64,000 nucleotides of DNA from Promethearchaeota archaeon. Its GTDB lineage: Archaea > Asgardarchaeota > Lokiarchaeia > Sigyniarchaeales > SOKP01. Of this stretch, positions 18,792 to 28,270 are shown piece by piece. Position 1 is the first letter of the stretch. Each line of letters starts with the position of its first letter. The stretch covers positions 87,355 through 151,354 of the forward strand of contig JAEOTZ010000072.1 of NCBI GenBank assembly GCA_016839585.1, given 5' to 3'. The position numbers and the translations under genes are program-made. The notes under the pieces are model-generated. The model made no database searches and had not been told where the DNA came from. It was given only the letters and a program-made list of their open reading frames with translations.

Positions 18792-19844
18792 TTAATCTAA
18801 AAGAGTTAATGTTGTCTTTGCGCCAATCTCATCAAATTCAGAAGGTTCCATTTTTAATTCTTTACTCGTAATTTTATTTGCGATAGAAGCCGCAAAAATT
18901 GCCCACGGGCAAATTGCGTTTGTTAATTCCTCTTTAGTCATTACACTTCTCACTTGAGCAGTAGAACAATTCACAGATTCGATTGTAAATGTCTTTTCCG
19001 ATTCCCATTTAATTTTAATCTTTTCAGCCATACCAATCTTTTCTGCCATTCTCATAAATTCTTCCAGCGCATCAGATAAATTCATTTTTTCAAGTTTCTT
19101 CATATCAAATCCAGACATGGTCATCATTCTTTCAATAAATTCATATGTTCTTGGAACCACATATTTAAAAAGAGTTGGTGTACCAAGTAATTCCTTAGCA
19201 GATTTTTCATAACCAAACGTAATTCCATGAAGTATAAAGGCAATCTGATTAAACGCAAATCGCCTTCTCTCTTTGGTAGTTGATCCTTTTTTGATTAAAA
19301 CTATAAAGAAAAGAGCAATTCCTCCTATAAATGGAATAATAGCAGCCCATAAGAAATTTCCTGGAATAAAATTTATTGTAATTCCCTCTGAATCCCAATT
19401 AGGCTTAACAACGTAATAAAAATTAAAAAGGCTTGTCCAATGTGATAAACTCCATCCTATAAAGCCAATTGGACCCAAATACTGACCAAATTTATAAATT
19501 TCATCTTTTTTAAATCTTGCGAATATAAATTTTATTGATACAAGAATAAACGCGACAAATCCTCCAATCCAAGAATGAGTCCAAACCCCTGACGGACGGT
19601 ATAATAAAGGATCCGAATCAATAATATGGAGGGAAAACATATAAAGACATTGTATAGTTATAGCGTAAAATATAGACACTTCTACCCATCCAAATCTTTT
19701 ATGATATTTTACGATTGTAAAATCTCCCTTCATTAGGTTTAAATCTCTTATATTATATAATCCAATAAAATCATTGGCTAATACAAAGCAATATCCTATA
19801 ATAGTTTGTAATATCATAAATTCAATCCATAATTCCATACCCAT
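18792..19844 (-). CDS. Membrane protein with His-bearing TM bundle and C-terminal V4R/methanogen-output-like domain
   Basis: About 5 TM with YHKRFG, THSW and SHW; soluble C-terminus with NCS...ICPW...EPS. Confidence 0.55.
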   Translation of the reverse strand: MGMELWIEFMILQTIIGYCFVLANDFIGLYNIRDLNLMKGDFTIVKYHKRFGWVEVSIFYAITIQCLYMFSLHIIDSDPLLYRPSGVWTHSWIGGFVAFILVSIKFIFARFKKDEIYKFGQYLGPIGFIGWSLSHWTSLFNFYYVVKPNWDSEGITINFIPGNFLWAAIIPFIGGIALFFIVLIKKGSTTKERRRFAFNQIAFILHGITFGYEKSAKELLGTPTLFKYVVPRTYEFIERMMTMSGFDMKKLEKMNLSDALEEFMRMAEKIGMAEKIKIKWESEKTFTIESVNCSTAQVRSVMTKEELTNAICPWAIFAASIANKITSKELKMEPSEFDEIGAKTTLTLLD

Positions 19845-19973
19845 TTAAATATACACCTAATTCAATATCTTATTTGAAAATAGAGATAAGAGACGATTAT
19901 AAAATTAAATAATTATAATCATATATATTAATTTTCTAGTTATAATTTATATGGATTTGACTAAAAAATAATT

Positions 19974-21080
19974 TCATTTAAGTTTTTCATATATATTTGC
20001 ACAAATAGCTTGAATAAATTCGAAATTATTAAAATCCCGAGTATTCCCAATTAAGGTCAGAGCAAAATTATTAAAATTCATACATATAGTAGCTAATCTT
20101 TCTCCTCCAATACTTGCATTAAACAATGTTCTATTATATATTTCTTCACTAACTTTCTTAGAAGATGTTAAAAAGCTTATAGTTTCTGGAATATAATCAG
20201 AACAGTCATATGTTGCATCAAAAATATTTGAAAAAAAGACTTTACCCATTAAATCGACTAAATATATTTGTTTAATATAGGGATCCCATTCTAAACTTTC
20301 AAATTTTTCTGTTAATTTCTTAGGTTTTTTAAGGTATTTATCTTTATCTTTAAAAAATTCTAGTGCTAAAAATTCTTCTTCAAAGCTTTCTAATAATTGA
20401 TATTGTCTGACAACCAGAATCATGTTTCGAGGCTCAACTAAAAGATTTTCATTACGAGCTGTATTAAGAAGAATCCAATTTAATTTTTCATTAAGATTAT
20501 TTTGATATAACAATTGAGCAGATTTCAGGATCAGGGGAATAAGAAAACTAATTTTATCTTTATTTACATATTGTTTAGCATGGATATAAAATATGTTACC
20601 CCCTTTCGGTTCAAGAAGTATTATAGCTTTCAAAGACGTTCCTTCGTCAATATTTTTTATAGAATCATTCAATATGTCTAAACCATGTGATTTTATAATT
20701 TCTTTCACATTTTTACCAAATATTTGATACTGTGATACTAAACCATCAAATTTTTTATTAAGACTATCGACAAAAAGGTGAGTGAATTTTTCCATAATAT
20801 CATGAATGACTGCGTGTAATAATTCTATTAATTCCTCATTTTTTGTAGTAATTACAAAAGTTAATTTTTGAAATAGCTTGTTGTATTTCTCAAATATAAT
20901 CTGAGTTTCTTTTAATTTTAAAGATTTAATATCTTCACCTCTTTCTACCGTAGCAAAACTATTTATCGCAGTCAAAAATCCACTAAGTAGATCATCTTTA
21001 CCATTACCTTTATAACTCTCTGGATGCCAATTATATAAAAGCGCTCCAGATTCATTCATAATTAATAAATCATCAATCAT
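19974..21080 (-). CDS. Longin-domain protein with two further longin/roadblock-like domains
   Basis: N-terminus MIDDLLIMNESGALLY...LLSGFLTAINSFA; repeated AIILLEPKGGNIFY and QIYLVDLMGKVFF strands. Confidence 0.65.
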   Translation of the reverse strand: MIDDLLIMNESGALLYNWHPESYKGNGKDDLLSGFLTAINSFATVERGEDIKSLKLKETQIIFEKYNKLFQKLTFVITTKNEELIELLHAVIHDIMEKFTHLFVDSLNKKFDGLVSQYQIFGKNVKEIIKSHGLDILNDSIKNIDEGTSLKAIILLEPKGGNIFYIHAKQYVNKDKISFLIPLILKSAQLLYQNNLNEKLNWILLNTARNENLLVEPRNMILVVRQYQLLESFEEEFLALEFFKDKDKYLKKPKKLTEKFESLEWDPYIKQIYLVDLMGKVFFSNIFDATYDCSDYIPETISFLTSSKKVSEEIYNRTLFNASIGGERLATICMNFNNFALTLIGNTRDFNNFEFIQAICANIYEKLK

Positions 21081-21251
21081 CTTTACTATCGACTTTAAGA
21101 TTTTATAATTTGATAAAGTTTTTTAATTAAAAAATTAACTCTTGTTTTTATAAATTATACTTCTAGAATCCAATTAATTATTAATTTCTCTATAAAACTT
21201 TTAAAATGAAAAACAAACTTTTAATAAAGTCCACCTATTTCATTTTCTTAG

Positions 21252-22244
21252 GTGTTTGTAGTGGAAGAGAGAATAAAAGGGAGAAAAAATTTTCCAACTG
21301 ATGAAGTAGACCCCAAAAATTTTCTTAGTGATGCAGAGGTAAAGGATCTAATGAAAAAAAGAGGAGATTTTAAATTTTCTCACGAAGACTATTTAAAACT
21401 ATATAATTGCGTTCACTGCGGAGAATGTGAAACTGAAGATTTTCGATTTCTCTTAAAACAAAAATATATTGAAGATGGAAATACATTTGAAGGTAAAGAA
21501 GAGATGATTGAATATTTTGAGAAGTTTCGATCACCATATCCTACTAATAAAATGCGTATAAAAAAACCTAAAGATATTCCAGATACCTCAGAAACACTAT
21601 TTTTCATGGGATGTTTATCGACAATACGTATCCCGAGATACACGGAACATGCACTTCAATTTCTTCTCAAGAATAAGGTAGATTTTACAATTTTAAATAA
21701 GGAAATTTGTTGTGGTTGGCATTTATTAGCAAGTGGATTGAAATCTGAGTTTGAAGTTTGTAAAAAAGAAAACATCAAAATTTTTCAAGACTATAAGAAA
21801 ATAATTTGTCTATGTCCTGCTTGTTACCATCTTTTTAATGTTACTTATAGACCAGAATTAGATGACAATATCGAAATAGATTATATAGCAAATTATTTGA
21901 AACCGGCTGAACAAAAAAAAACGGGGAGAGTGGGAATTCAACATCTCTGTCAACTTATAAATAGGGGTAGAGAAGGAGTAGATAGTTTTGTCAACAATAT
22001 TCTTAAGAAGAGCGGATATAAGGTAACTGATGTTCCACATTGGTGTTGTGGTGGTGGAACTGGTTGGATGGGACGCACAGACATAATTGAAGCTATAGCT
22101 CGTAAAAGAATGAACGATTTTGATCGAGATGATATCGATTTTGCTACTACATACTGCCCAAGTTGTTGGTGGATTTTAGCCAGATTTAGCAAAATTTGTA
22201 AGATTAAGCCAAAAGCTAAGGATTTATTCGAATTATTATTATAG
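21252..22244 (+). CDS. CCG-domain Fe-S oxidoreductase (HdrD/GlpC-like)
   Basis: FMGC, EICCG, CPAC, HLC, WCCGGG, YCPSC. Confidence 0.8.
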   Translation: MFVVEERIKGRKNFPTDEVDPKNFLSDAEVKDLMKKRGDFKFSHEDYLKLYNCVHCGECETEDFRFLLKQKYIEDGNTFEGKEEMIEYFEKFRSPYPTNKMRIKKPKDIPDTSETLFFMGCLSTIRIPRYTEHALQFLLKNKVDFTILNKEICCGWHLLASGLKSEFEVCKKENIKIFQDYKKIICLCPACYHLFNVTYRPELDDNIEIDYIANYLKPAEQKKTGRVGIQHLCQLINRGREGVDSFVNNILKKSGYKVTDVPHWCCGGGTGWMGRTDIIEAIARKRMNDFDRDDIDFATTYCPSCWWILARFSKICKIKPKAKDLFELLL

Positions 22245-22253
22245 GAGGGGCAC

Positions 22254-23237
22254 ATGAAGGAAGAATATACATGCCCCTGTCGGGAAGTTGACCCGATTAA
22301 TTTTCTTGAAAATGAGGAAGTTGACTGGTTAATTAAAAACCGGAAAAAATTTAAATTCCAACAAGAAGATTATTTAAAACTTTATAATTGTATTCATTGT
22401 AATGATTGTGGCACCTCTGAGCAACGATTTATTTTAAAACAGAAATTTTTAAAAGATGGAAATAAAATTGAAGGTTTAAACCATACTATAGAAAAATTAA
22501 AGAAATATGGAACTCCTTTTCAATACAACAAAAGTCGAATTAAACACATTGAAGGAGTATCTGAGGAAAGTAATACTTTATTATATTTAGGTTGCTTTAC
22601 AATAGTTAAAACCCCTCGTTATGGAGAAAGCATTATAAAATATCTTTTGCAGAATAATGTTAAATTTTGTATTTTAGAAGAAGAAATTTGTTGTGGTTAT
22701 CCTATATTATGTACTGGAGAACTAGATACATATAATCATTTAGTGGAAAGAAATTTAGAGCTATTTAAGTCAAAAGGTTTTGAAGAAATAATCACCGTTT
22801 GTCCTAGTTGTTATATGGTATTTAAAAAACATTATAGTAATAGTAATATTAAAGTGAAGTATTTTACTGAGTATTTTAAACTTCCAAAGAGTAAAAAATC
22901 TGGAAACCTAATAATACAACATGCCTGTCCTTTAAAAAATGGGGAAATCCCTAATATTGCAGACGATATTGAAGATCTTTACAAAACTATTGGGTATAAT
23001 GTATTAAATTCTGTACCAAGAAATTGTTGTGGAGGTGGTGTTGGTCATCAATTACGAACTGAAATATCTGAGGCAATTGCTCTAAAAAGAATGGAAGATT
23101 TTAAATTAAAATTACCTAATGAGAATAATAATTATATTACTACTTACTGTCCTGATGCGTATTGGATATTAAAGGTATTTGGGAGAAGGGCTAAGATAGA
23201 TTTTAAACTAATAAATATGTGTGATTTACTTAAATAG
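22254..23237 (+). CDS. CCG-domain Fe-S oxidoreductase (paralog of the upstream gene)
   Basis: YLGC, EICCG, CPSC, HAC, NCCGGG, YCPD. Confidence 0.8.
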   Translation: MKEEYTCPCREVDPINFLENEEVDWLIKNRKKFKFQQEDYLKLYNCIHCNDCGTSEQRFILKQKFLKDGNKIEGLNHTIEKLKKYGTPFQYNKSRIKHIEGVSEESNTLLYLGCFTIVKTPRYGESIIKYLLQNNVKFCILEEEICCGYPILCTGELDTYNHLVERNLELFKSKGFEEIITVCPSCYMVFKKHYSNSNIKVKYFTEYFKLPKSKKSGNLIIQHACPLKNGEIPNIADDIEDLYKTIGYNVLNSVPRNCCGGGVGHQLRTEISEAIALKRMEDFKLKLPNENNNYITTYCPDAYWILKVFGRRAKIDFKLINMCDLLK

Positions 23238-23286
23238 TTAAAGGGAAATTTAAATTTATTACAATAACTTTTTAATTTGATTAATC

Positions 23287-24447
23287 TTGGAACCGAATTT
23301 GATTGAAATCAAAGAAGATGTGACAATAAACCACAAAAAATTCACTTTAAAAGAGTTTGGAGGAGCGTTTGGAGATTGGGGTACGTTAATTCCATTTATT
23401 ATAGGGTATATATCAATTGTAGGTTTGAATCCTGCTGGGATCTTTTTTACTTTAGGGATTACTAACATAATTCTGGGAATTCGATTCAATTTACCACTTC
23501 CAGTTCAGCCTCAAAAAACTATTGGAACAGTTGCCATTAGCGAAAAATGGGATTCAAATATGGTGATCTCGACTGGATTCGGAACTGGAGTTATATGGTT
23601 CCTGCTTGGGTTTTCAAAGAAATTGAATAAAATAGTTGAAAAGGTTCCTATTGTTACAGTGCGAGGCATTCAACTTGGTTTAGCATTTATTTTAGGGTGG
23701 ACAGGTATTCTTTTATTCAAAGACAATCTAATGCTTGGTTTTTTTTCAATTGTTATAATCTTGATATTAATAAATAATAAACCCATCCCTTCAGCAATAG
23801 TTCTTGCACTATTAGGTATAGCATTAATATTTTTCACTGGCTCTGTTCAATTTTCAGAAATTAAATTTGGTTTACCGATATTTGATTTCCAAATTCCAAC
23901 TTTAAAAAATCTTCTATTTGGTATGCTTTTTGCTGGAATTGCTCAATTATTTTTAACACTAACAAATGTTATGATCGCTACAGTAGTACTTATCAAGGAC
24001 TTATTTCCTGAAAGAGAGCATGAGGTTGATGCAAATATTTTATCATTTAATATGGGAGCTATGAATTTAATTAATCCTTTTTTTGGAGGTATGCCTTTAT
24101 GTCACGGATCTGGGGGATTAGCGGCTCAATATGCTTTTGGAGCTCGAACTGGGGGATCCATGATATTAGAGGGGATAATGGAATTAGTACTTGGCTTATT
24201 CTTGTCAGAGACTCTATTTATACTTTTTAATGAATTTCCTACTGCTATTTTGGGAGCAATGTTACTCTATACTGCTTTTTTATTGGGAAAACTCTCTTTT
24301 AAAGAATTTAAATTAGAGGTATTTCCTATAATTTTAATCGCAGCAATATTAAGCTTTATTTTTAACATAGCAATTGGCTTCATAGTAGCTCTAATATTAT
24401 TTTTCATTTTTAGAAAAAAAATTGAGAAAACTAAGCGTAATCATTAA
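23287..24447 (+). CDS. MOT1-family molybdate/sulfate transporter
   Basis: GAFGDWGTLIP, PLPVQPQK, GGMPLCHGSGGLAAQYAFGARTG. Confidence 0.85.
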   Translation: MEPNLIEIKEDVTINHKKFTLKEFGGAFGDWGTLIPFIIGYISIVGLNPAGIFFTLGITNIILGIRFNLPLPVQPQKTIGTVAISEKWDSNMVISTGFGTGVIWFLLGFSKKLNKIVEKVPIVTVRGIQLGLAFILGWTGILLFKDNLMLGFFSIVIILILINNKPIPSAIVLALLGIALIFFTGSVQFSEIKFGLPIFDFQIPTLKNLLFGMLFAGIAQLFLTLTNVMIATVVLIKDLFPEREHEVDANILSFNMGAMNLINPFFGGMPLCHGSGGLAAQYAFGARTGGSMILEGIMELVLGLFLSETLFILFNEFPTAILGAMLLYTAFLLGKLSFKEFKLEVFPIILIAAILSFIFNIAIGFIVALILFFIFRKKIEKTKRNH

Positions 24448-24592
24448 AATTTATCTTTTAAATTATTAATGGGAATTTATTAGGTTTTATTCAAGAAATA
24501 TTCAAAATTAGGTTTTTTTATAATTTAAACGAATAATTCTTTTAAGTATGAAAGCAAATAATCATAATAGATTGAACTATATTGGGTGATTT

Positions 24593-25285
24593 ATGTTATT
24601 TTCACAAAATGAAATGGATAATATCAAAAGAGAAATGTCTAAATTAAAAGAAAAAATTGTACTTAAATTATTTACTGATTTTAAAACTCAAGAAGATGGC
24701 ACAAAACTAAGAAAGTGTATGGCTTGTGAGGGAACACATGAGTTATTAAAAACTTTGGAAAAGCTTTCTAACGGGAAATTGACAATAGAGGAATTATCTA
24801 CTGAAGAGAATGAAGAAGAAGCAGAAAAATATAATGTTACTAGAATTCCTGCTATATTATTTGTTGATGAAAATGGCAGAGAAATAATTCGATATTCAGC
24901 TCACCCTACTGGAGCTGAATTTGTACCTTTTCTCAACAGCATTCAATACTTTTCAGGAGTAAGACCTTATTATGCAGATCAAATCCTTACTCATCTGAAA
25001 AAAATATCAAAGTCAAATATGAAAATTTTTATAACTCCTACATGCCCTTATTGTCCGGTAACTGTTCCAGTTTTAACCTTGTTCGCAATAGTTTCTAAAG
25101 GTAAGATTTCAGCGGAAGTAATTGATGTTAATTTGAATCCTGACATTGCTATGAGATATCAAGTCCAAGGCGTTCCCATGACGGTCATAAATGAAACAGA
25201 AGTTATTAACGGAATGTTTTCCCCTCAAGATTTACTAGATAAACTTACTAAAGGAGAAAGAGATTTTGGAGGGATGTATGCATAA
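24593..25285 (+). CDS. Protein disulfide oxidoreductase (PDO/AhpF-N-like, two Trx folds)
   Basis: CMAC and CPYC; RIP and GVP cis-Pro motifs. Confidence 0.88.
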   Translation: MLFSQNEMDNIKREMSKLKEKIVLKLFTDFKTQEDGTKLRKCMACEGTHELLKTLEKLSNGKLTIEELSTEENEEEAEKYNVTRIPAILFVDENGREIIRYSAHPTGAEFVPFLNSIQYFSGVRPYYADQILTHLKKISKSNMKIFITPTCPYCPVTVPVLTLFAIVSKGKISAEVIDVNLNPDIAMRYQVQGVPMTVINETEVINGMFSPQDLLDKLTKGERDFGGMYA

Positions 25286-25968
25286 TGTCTCAAGATGATA
25301 AGTATAGAGAAATTATCAAAAGAGAAATGGCTAAATTAAAGAAGCCTGTTAATTTAAAAGTTTTTACATCCCAAAAAGTTCAACCTGGTGGAACAAAAAT
25401 CAGAGCATGTATGGATTGTGGAGAATTTATGGCTTTATTGAGAGTTTACGAAGAAAATTCAAACGGAATGTTAACGATTGAAGAACTATCAATAGATGAT
25501 AATCCAGAATTTGTAAAGAAATTCGATATTACACGCGTTCCAACAATAATTTTCATTGATAATAATGGAAGAGAATTAATCAGATATTTAGCAGCACCAA
25601 AAAGAGGAGAGATTCAACCTTTCATTCAAGCTATATTTACCTTTGCAGGAGCTCCAAATTATTATGAAGCTACTATAAAACAAAATCTAGATAGAATACC
25701 ACCATCAACTATTAAAGTAATGATGACAGAGACTTGTCCTTATTGTCCTCAGGTAATAGCAATCAGTAATTCCTTCGCAATTGCATCTGAGGGGAAGATC
25801 AGAACAATAATCATTGATATAATGGCAAATCCCGACATTGGGCAGTATTATGATGCTGCTGGTGTTCCTTATACCATTATAAATGATCAAAAAACCTTGG
25901 TTGGAATGGTTGGACCTAATGAAATATTACGAGCATTAATTGGAGGTAATATACATGTTCAATATTGA
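25285..25968 (+). CDS. Protein disulfide oxidoreductase (second paralog)
   Basis: CMDC and CPYC; TAATG overlap with the upstream gene. Confidence 0.88.
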   Translation: MSQDDKYREIIKREMAKLKKPVNLKVFTSQKVQPGGTKIRACMDCGEFMALLRVYEENSNGMLTIEELSIDDNPEFVKKFDITRVPTIIFIDNNGRELIRYLAAPKRGEIQPFIQAIFTFAGAPNYYEATIKQNLDRIPPSTIKVMMTETCPYCPQVIAISNSFAIASEGKIRTIIIDIMANPDIGQYYDAAGVPYTIINDQKTLVGMVGPNEILRALIGGNIHVQY

Positions 25969-26899
25969 TATGGAAAGCATTGATTTAGAAAAAACCTATG
26001 ATTTAATTGTTTTAGGAGGAGGTCCAGCTGCAATTGGATGCGCTATTTATGCTGCTAGATTCGCAATGGACGTACTCGTCGTAGGTAAAACTTTTGGAGG
26101 TTTAATTGCTACAACTCATATTGTTGAGAATTATCCTGCGATTACTTCAACAAGTGGTCAAGGTTTAATGGATATGTTTAAGGATCATATGGATTCACTT
26201 AATATCCCATATATATCAGATGAGATACGGAGTATTGAAAAAATTGATGATCATTTTGAACTGAATTCTTTCTTTCAAAAATTTAAAGCTCATACAGTTT
26301 GTATAGCCACTGGATCAGAAAGAAGGAAGCTTGGTATTCCAGGAGAAGAAGAATTTGCAGGTCGAGGTGTTTCATACTGTGCTACATGTGATGGTCCTTT
26401 TTATAATAATAAAATTGTATGTGTGATCGGTGGCAGTGATTCTGCTGCTAAAGAAGCATTATTTTTAGCACAAAATGCAAAAAAAGTGTACATTATCTAC
26501 CGCGGTGAAGAAATACGTGCTGAACCAATTAATAAAGAACGAGTCTACTCAAATGATAAAATTGAAGTTATTTATAATACAAATGTAGTAGAAATTAAGG
26601 GGGATAATTCTGTAAATTCAGTTATTTTCGATAATGGTAATAAATTTGAGATTGAAGGTGTTTTTATTGAGATAGGTTCTACTCCAAATTCAGATTTAGC
26701 GAAACGGATTGGAGTAAAAACTAATGAAAAAGGTGAAATTATCATTAATAGAAAATCTGAAACAAATATTCCAGGTATTTATGCAGCTGGTGATGTTGCT
26801 GATGCTCCATTTAAACAAGCAATTACTGGAGTAGCTGAGGGGGTAATTGCTGCATACTCTGCTTTTGATTATTTTAAGGGAATGAACATCGAATACTAA
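25955..26899 (+). CDS. trxB: Thioredoxin reductase
   Basis: GGGPAA, GRGVSYCATCDG, GGSDSA, YAAGD; GGAGGT SD before the ATG at 25955. Confidence 0.93.
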   Translation: MFNIDMESIDLEKTYDLIVLGGGPAAIGCAIYAARFAMDVLVVGKTFGGLIATTHIVENYPAITSTSGQGLMDMFKDHMDSLNIPYISDEIRSIEKIDDHFELNSFFQKFKAHTVCIATGSERRKLGIPGEEEFAGRGVSYCATCDGPFYNNKIVCVIGGSDSAAKEALFLAQNAKKVYIIYRGEEIRAEPINKERVYSNDKIEVIYNTNVVEIKGDNSVNSVIFDNGNKFEIEGVFIEIGSTPNSDLAKRIGVKTNEKGEIIINRKSETNIPGIYAAGDVADAPFKQAITGVAEGVIAAYSAFDYFKGMNIEY

Positions 26900-27027
26900 A
26901 ACAATTTTATTAATTTTCTTAAAATTATATTATCTTTTTTTAGCCCTAACTTTTAAATAATTCTTTTAATATGGATAATTAGATGATGTAATTTGAATTT
27001 TACAGAAATCAGTAAAATTAATTCAAA

Positions 27028-27429
27028 ATGAAATTGATAAATTTTGCTGGGTTAATGCTTTTAAGTAGTGGACTGTTGATTTTCATTACACTTTTTTTTA
27101 CTTTTATAAGATCAAGACCTTTTAATGAGGCAATCCTCCTTAGTGTTTTTATAAGTATTGTACCCTTTTTCATATCAGGCTTTTTAATTGAGATCTATTA
27201 TGGGTGGAGCGGTCTATATAGGGATATAATTGATGATGCTCAAATTTATTTTCCTAGATTTAAACACGAATTTAAAGATGTTAAAGAAATTCAGAAAATT
27301 TTAAAAGAAAAAAGAGAAGAATTAGGTTCACTCAACAATGTCCATTTTAAATCATATATTGTCGATATAATGAGAAAAGATTTAAAATGTGAAATAAAAT
27401 ATTTGAAAAGGCAACTAACTAAGGAATGA
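27028..27429 (+). CDS. Hypothetical 2-TM protein
   Basis: Two hydrophobic helices followed by a charged tail. Confidence 0.55.
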   Translation: MKLINFAGLMLLSSGLLIFITLFFTFIRSRPFNEAILLSVFISIVPFFISGFLIEIYYGWSGLYRDIIDDAQIYFPRFKHEFKDVKEIQKILKEKREELGSLNNVHFKSYIVDIMRKDLKCEIKYLKRQLTKE

Positions 27430-27454
27430 ATTAGTTTAAAATAAATATTTATTT

Positions 27455-28213
27455 CTAAAAGATAAAAGGAATAAGTGCTTTCCTATTTTTGGGATAATCT
27501 TTAAAAGTTTTGAGATACCATTTGTGATTACTTCTTGCTCTCGGTCCTAAATTGGCAGTAGTCCAGATTGCAAAGACTAATCCTGGTAGTGACCATGTCA
27601 TAATCGCCCAACCATACCACTCTATTATTTCCCCTAAATAGCTAGGACAACTTATAAATCGAAACATACCTCCATGAGGGATCTTAAAATCAGTTTCACC
27701 GGGGATACGTAGATTTCTGATTATATGATCAGAATGTATATGCATGAAAAAACCAGTAAAGAAGAATAATATGCCAATAATAAACATTGGGGTGAGAAAC
27801 CAGCTTGTTTCATAGCCTCCTGAAAGCTTATTAATCCATCGTCCCTGAAGATATGCATTTGCAGAATTAAATATCATCCCAAAGAGAATTATAGTTATTG
27901 GCATTGGTCGTTTCCCTCTTATTAAACTGGGAAAAATAAATGTCCGGTATCCATAATGCATGAACCATAACCCCGAAAATAGAAGAGTCATGAATTTAGT
28001 TTGGTAATCTCCTATTATATAAAAGATAGCATAAAGAAATACTGTTGGAATTTCCATTATTACCCAGCCTAATTTATCATTAATGCTTGGTCCCCATTTT
28101 TTAGATATATGTTGTCCATATCCTGCTGTTATTTTTAATAATGATATAAAAACAAAGACTGCAATTATGATCATAACAACCATAAACCAATTGAAAAAAA
28201 TACTATCATCCAT
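27455..28213 (-). CDS. Steroid 5-alpha-reductase family (SRD5A/DET2-like)
   Basis: AGYG, GWVIMEIP, HYGYR, HSD..IRNLR..GE..FKIPHGGMF..ISCPSYLGEIIEW, NLGPRA..NHKWY..F..YP..RKALIPF. Confidence 0.9.
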   Translation of the reverse strand: MDDSIFFNWFMVVMIIIAVFVFISLLKITAGYGQHISKKWGPSINDKLGWVIMEIPTVFLYAIFYIIGDYQTKFMTLLFSGLWFMHYGYRTFIFPSLIRGKRPMPITIILFGMIFNSANAYLQGRWINKLSGGYETSWFLTPMFIIGILFFFTGFFMHIHSDHIIRNLRIPGETDFKIPHGGMFRFISCPSYLGEIIEWYGWAIMTWSLPGLVFAIWTTANLGPRARSNHKWYLKTFKDYPKNRKALIPFIF

Positions 28214-28270
28214 TTTTATAAACCTTTTAATTGCTTAATATAAATCTTCTCTTAATAATAACAAAAAAGA

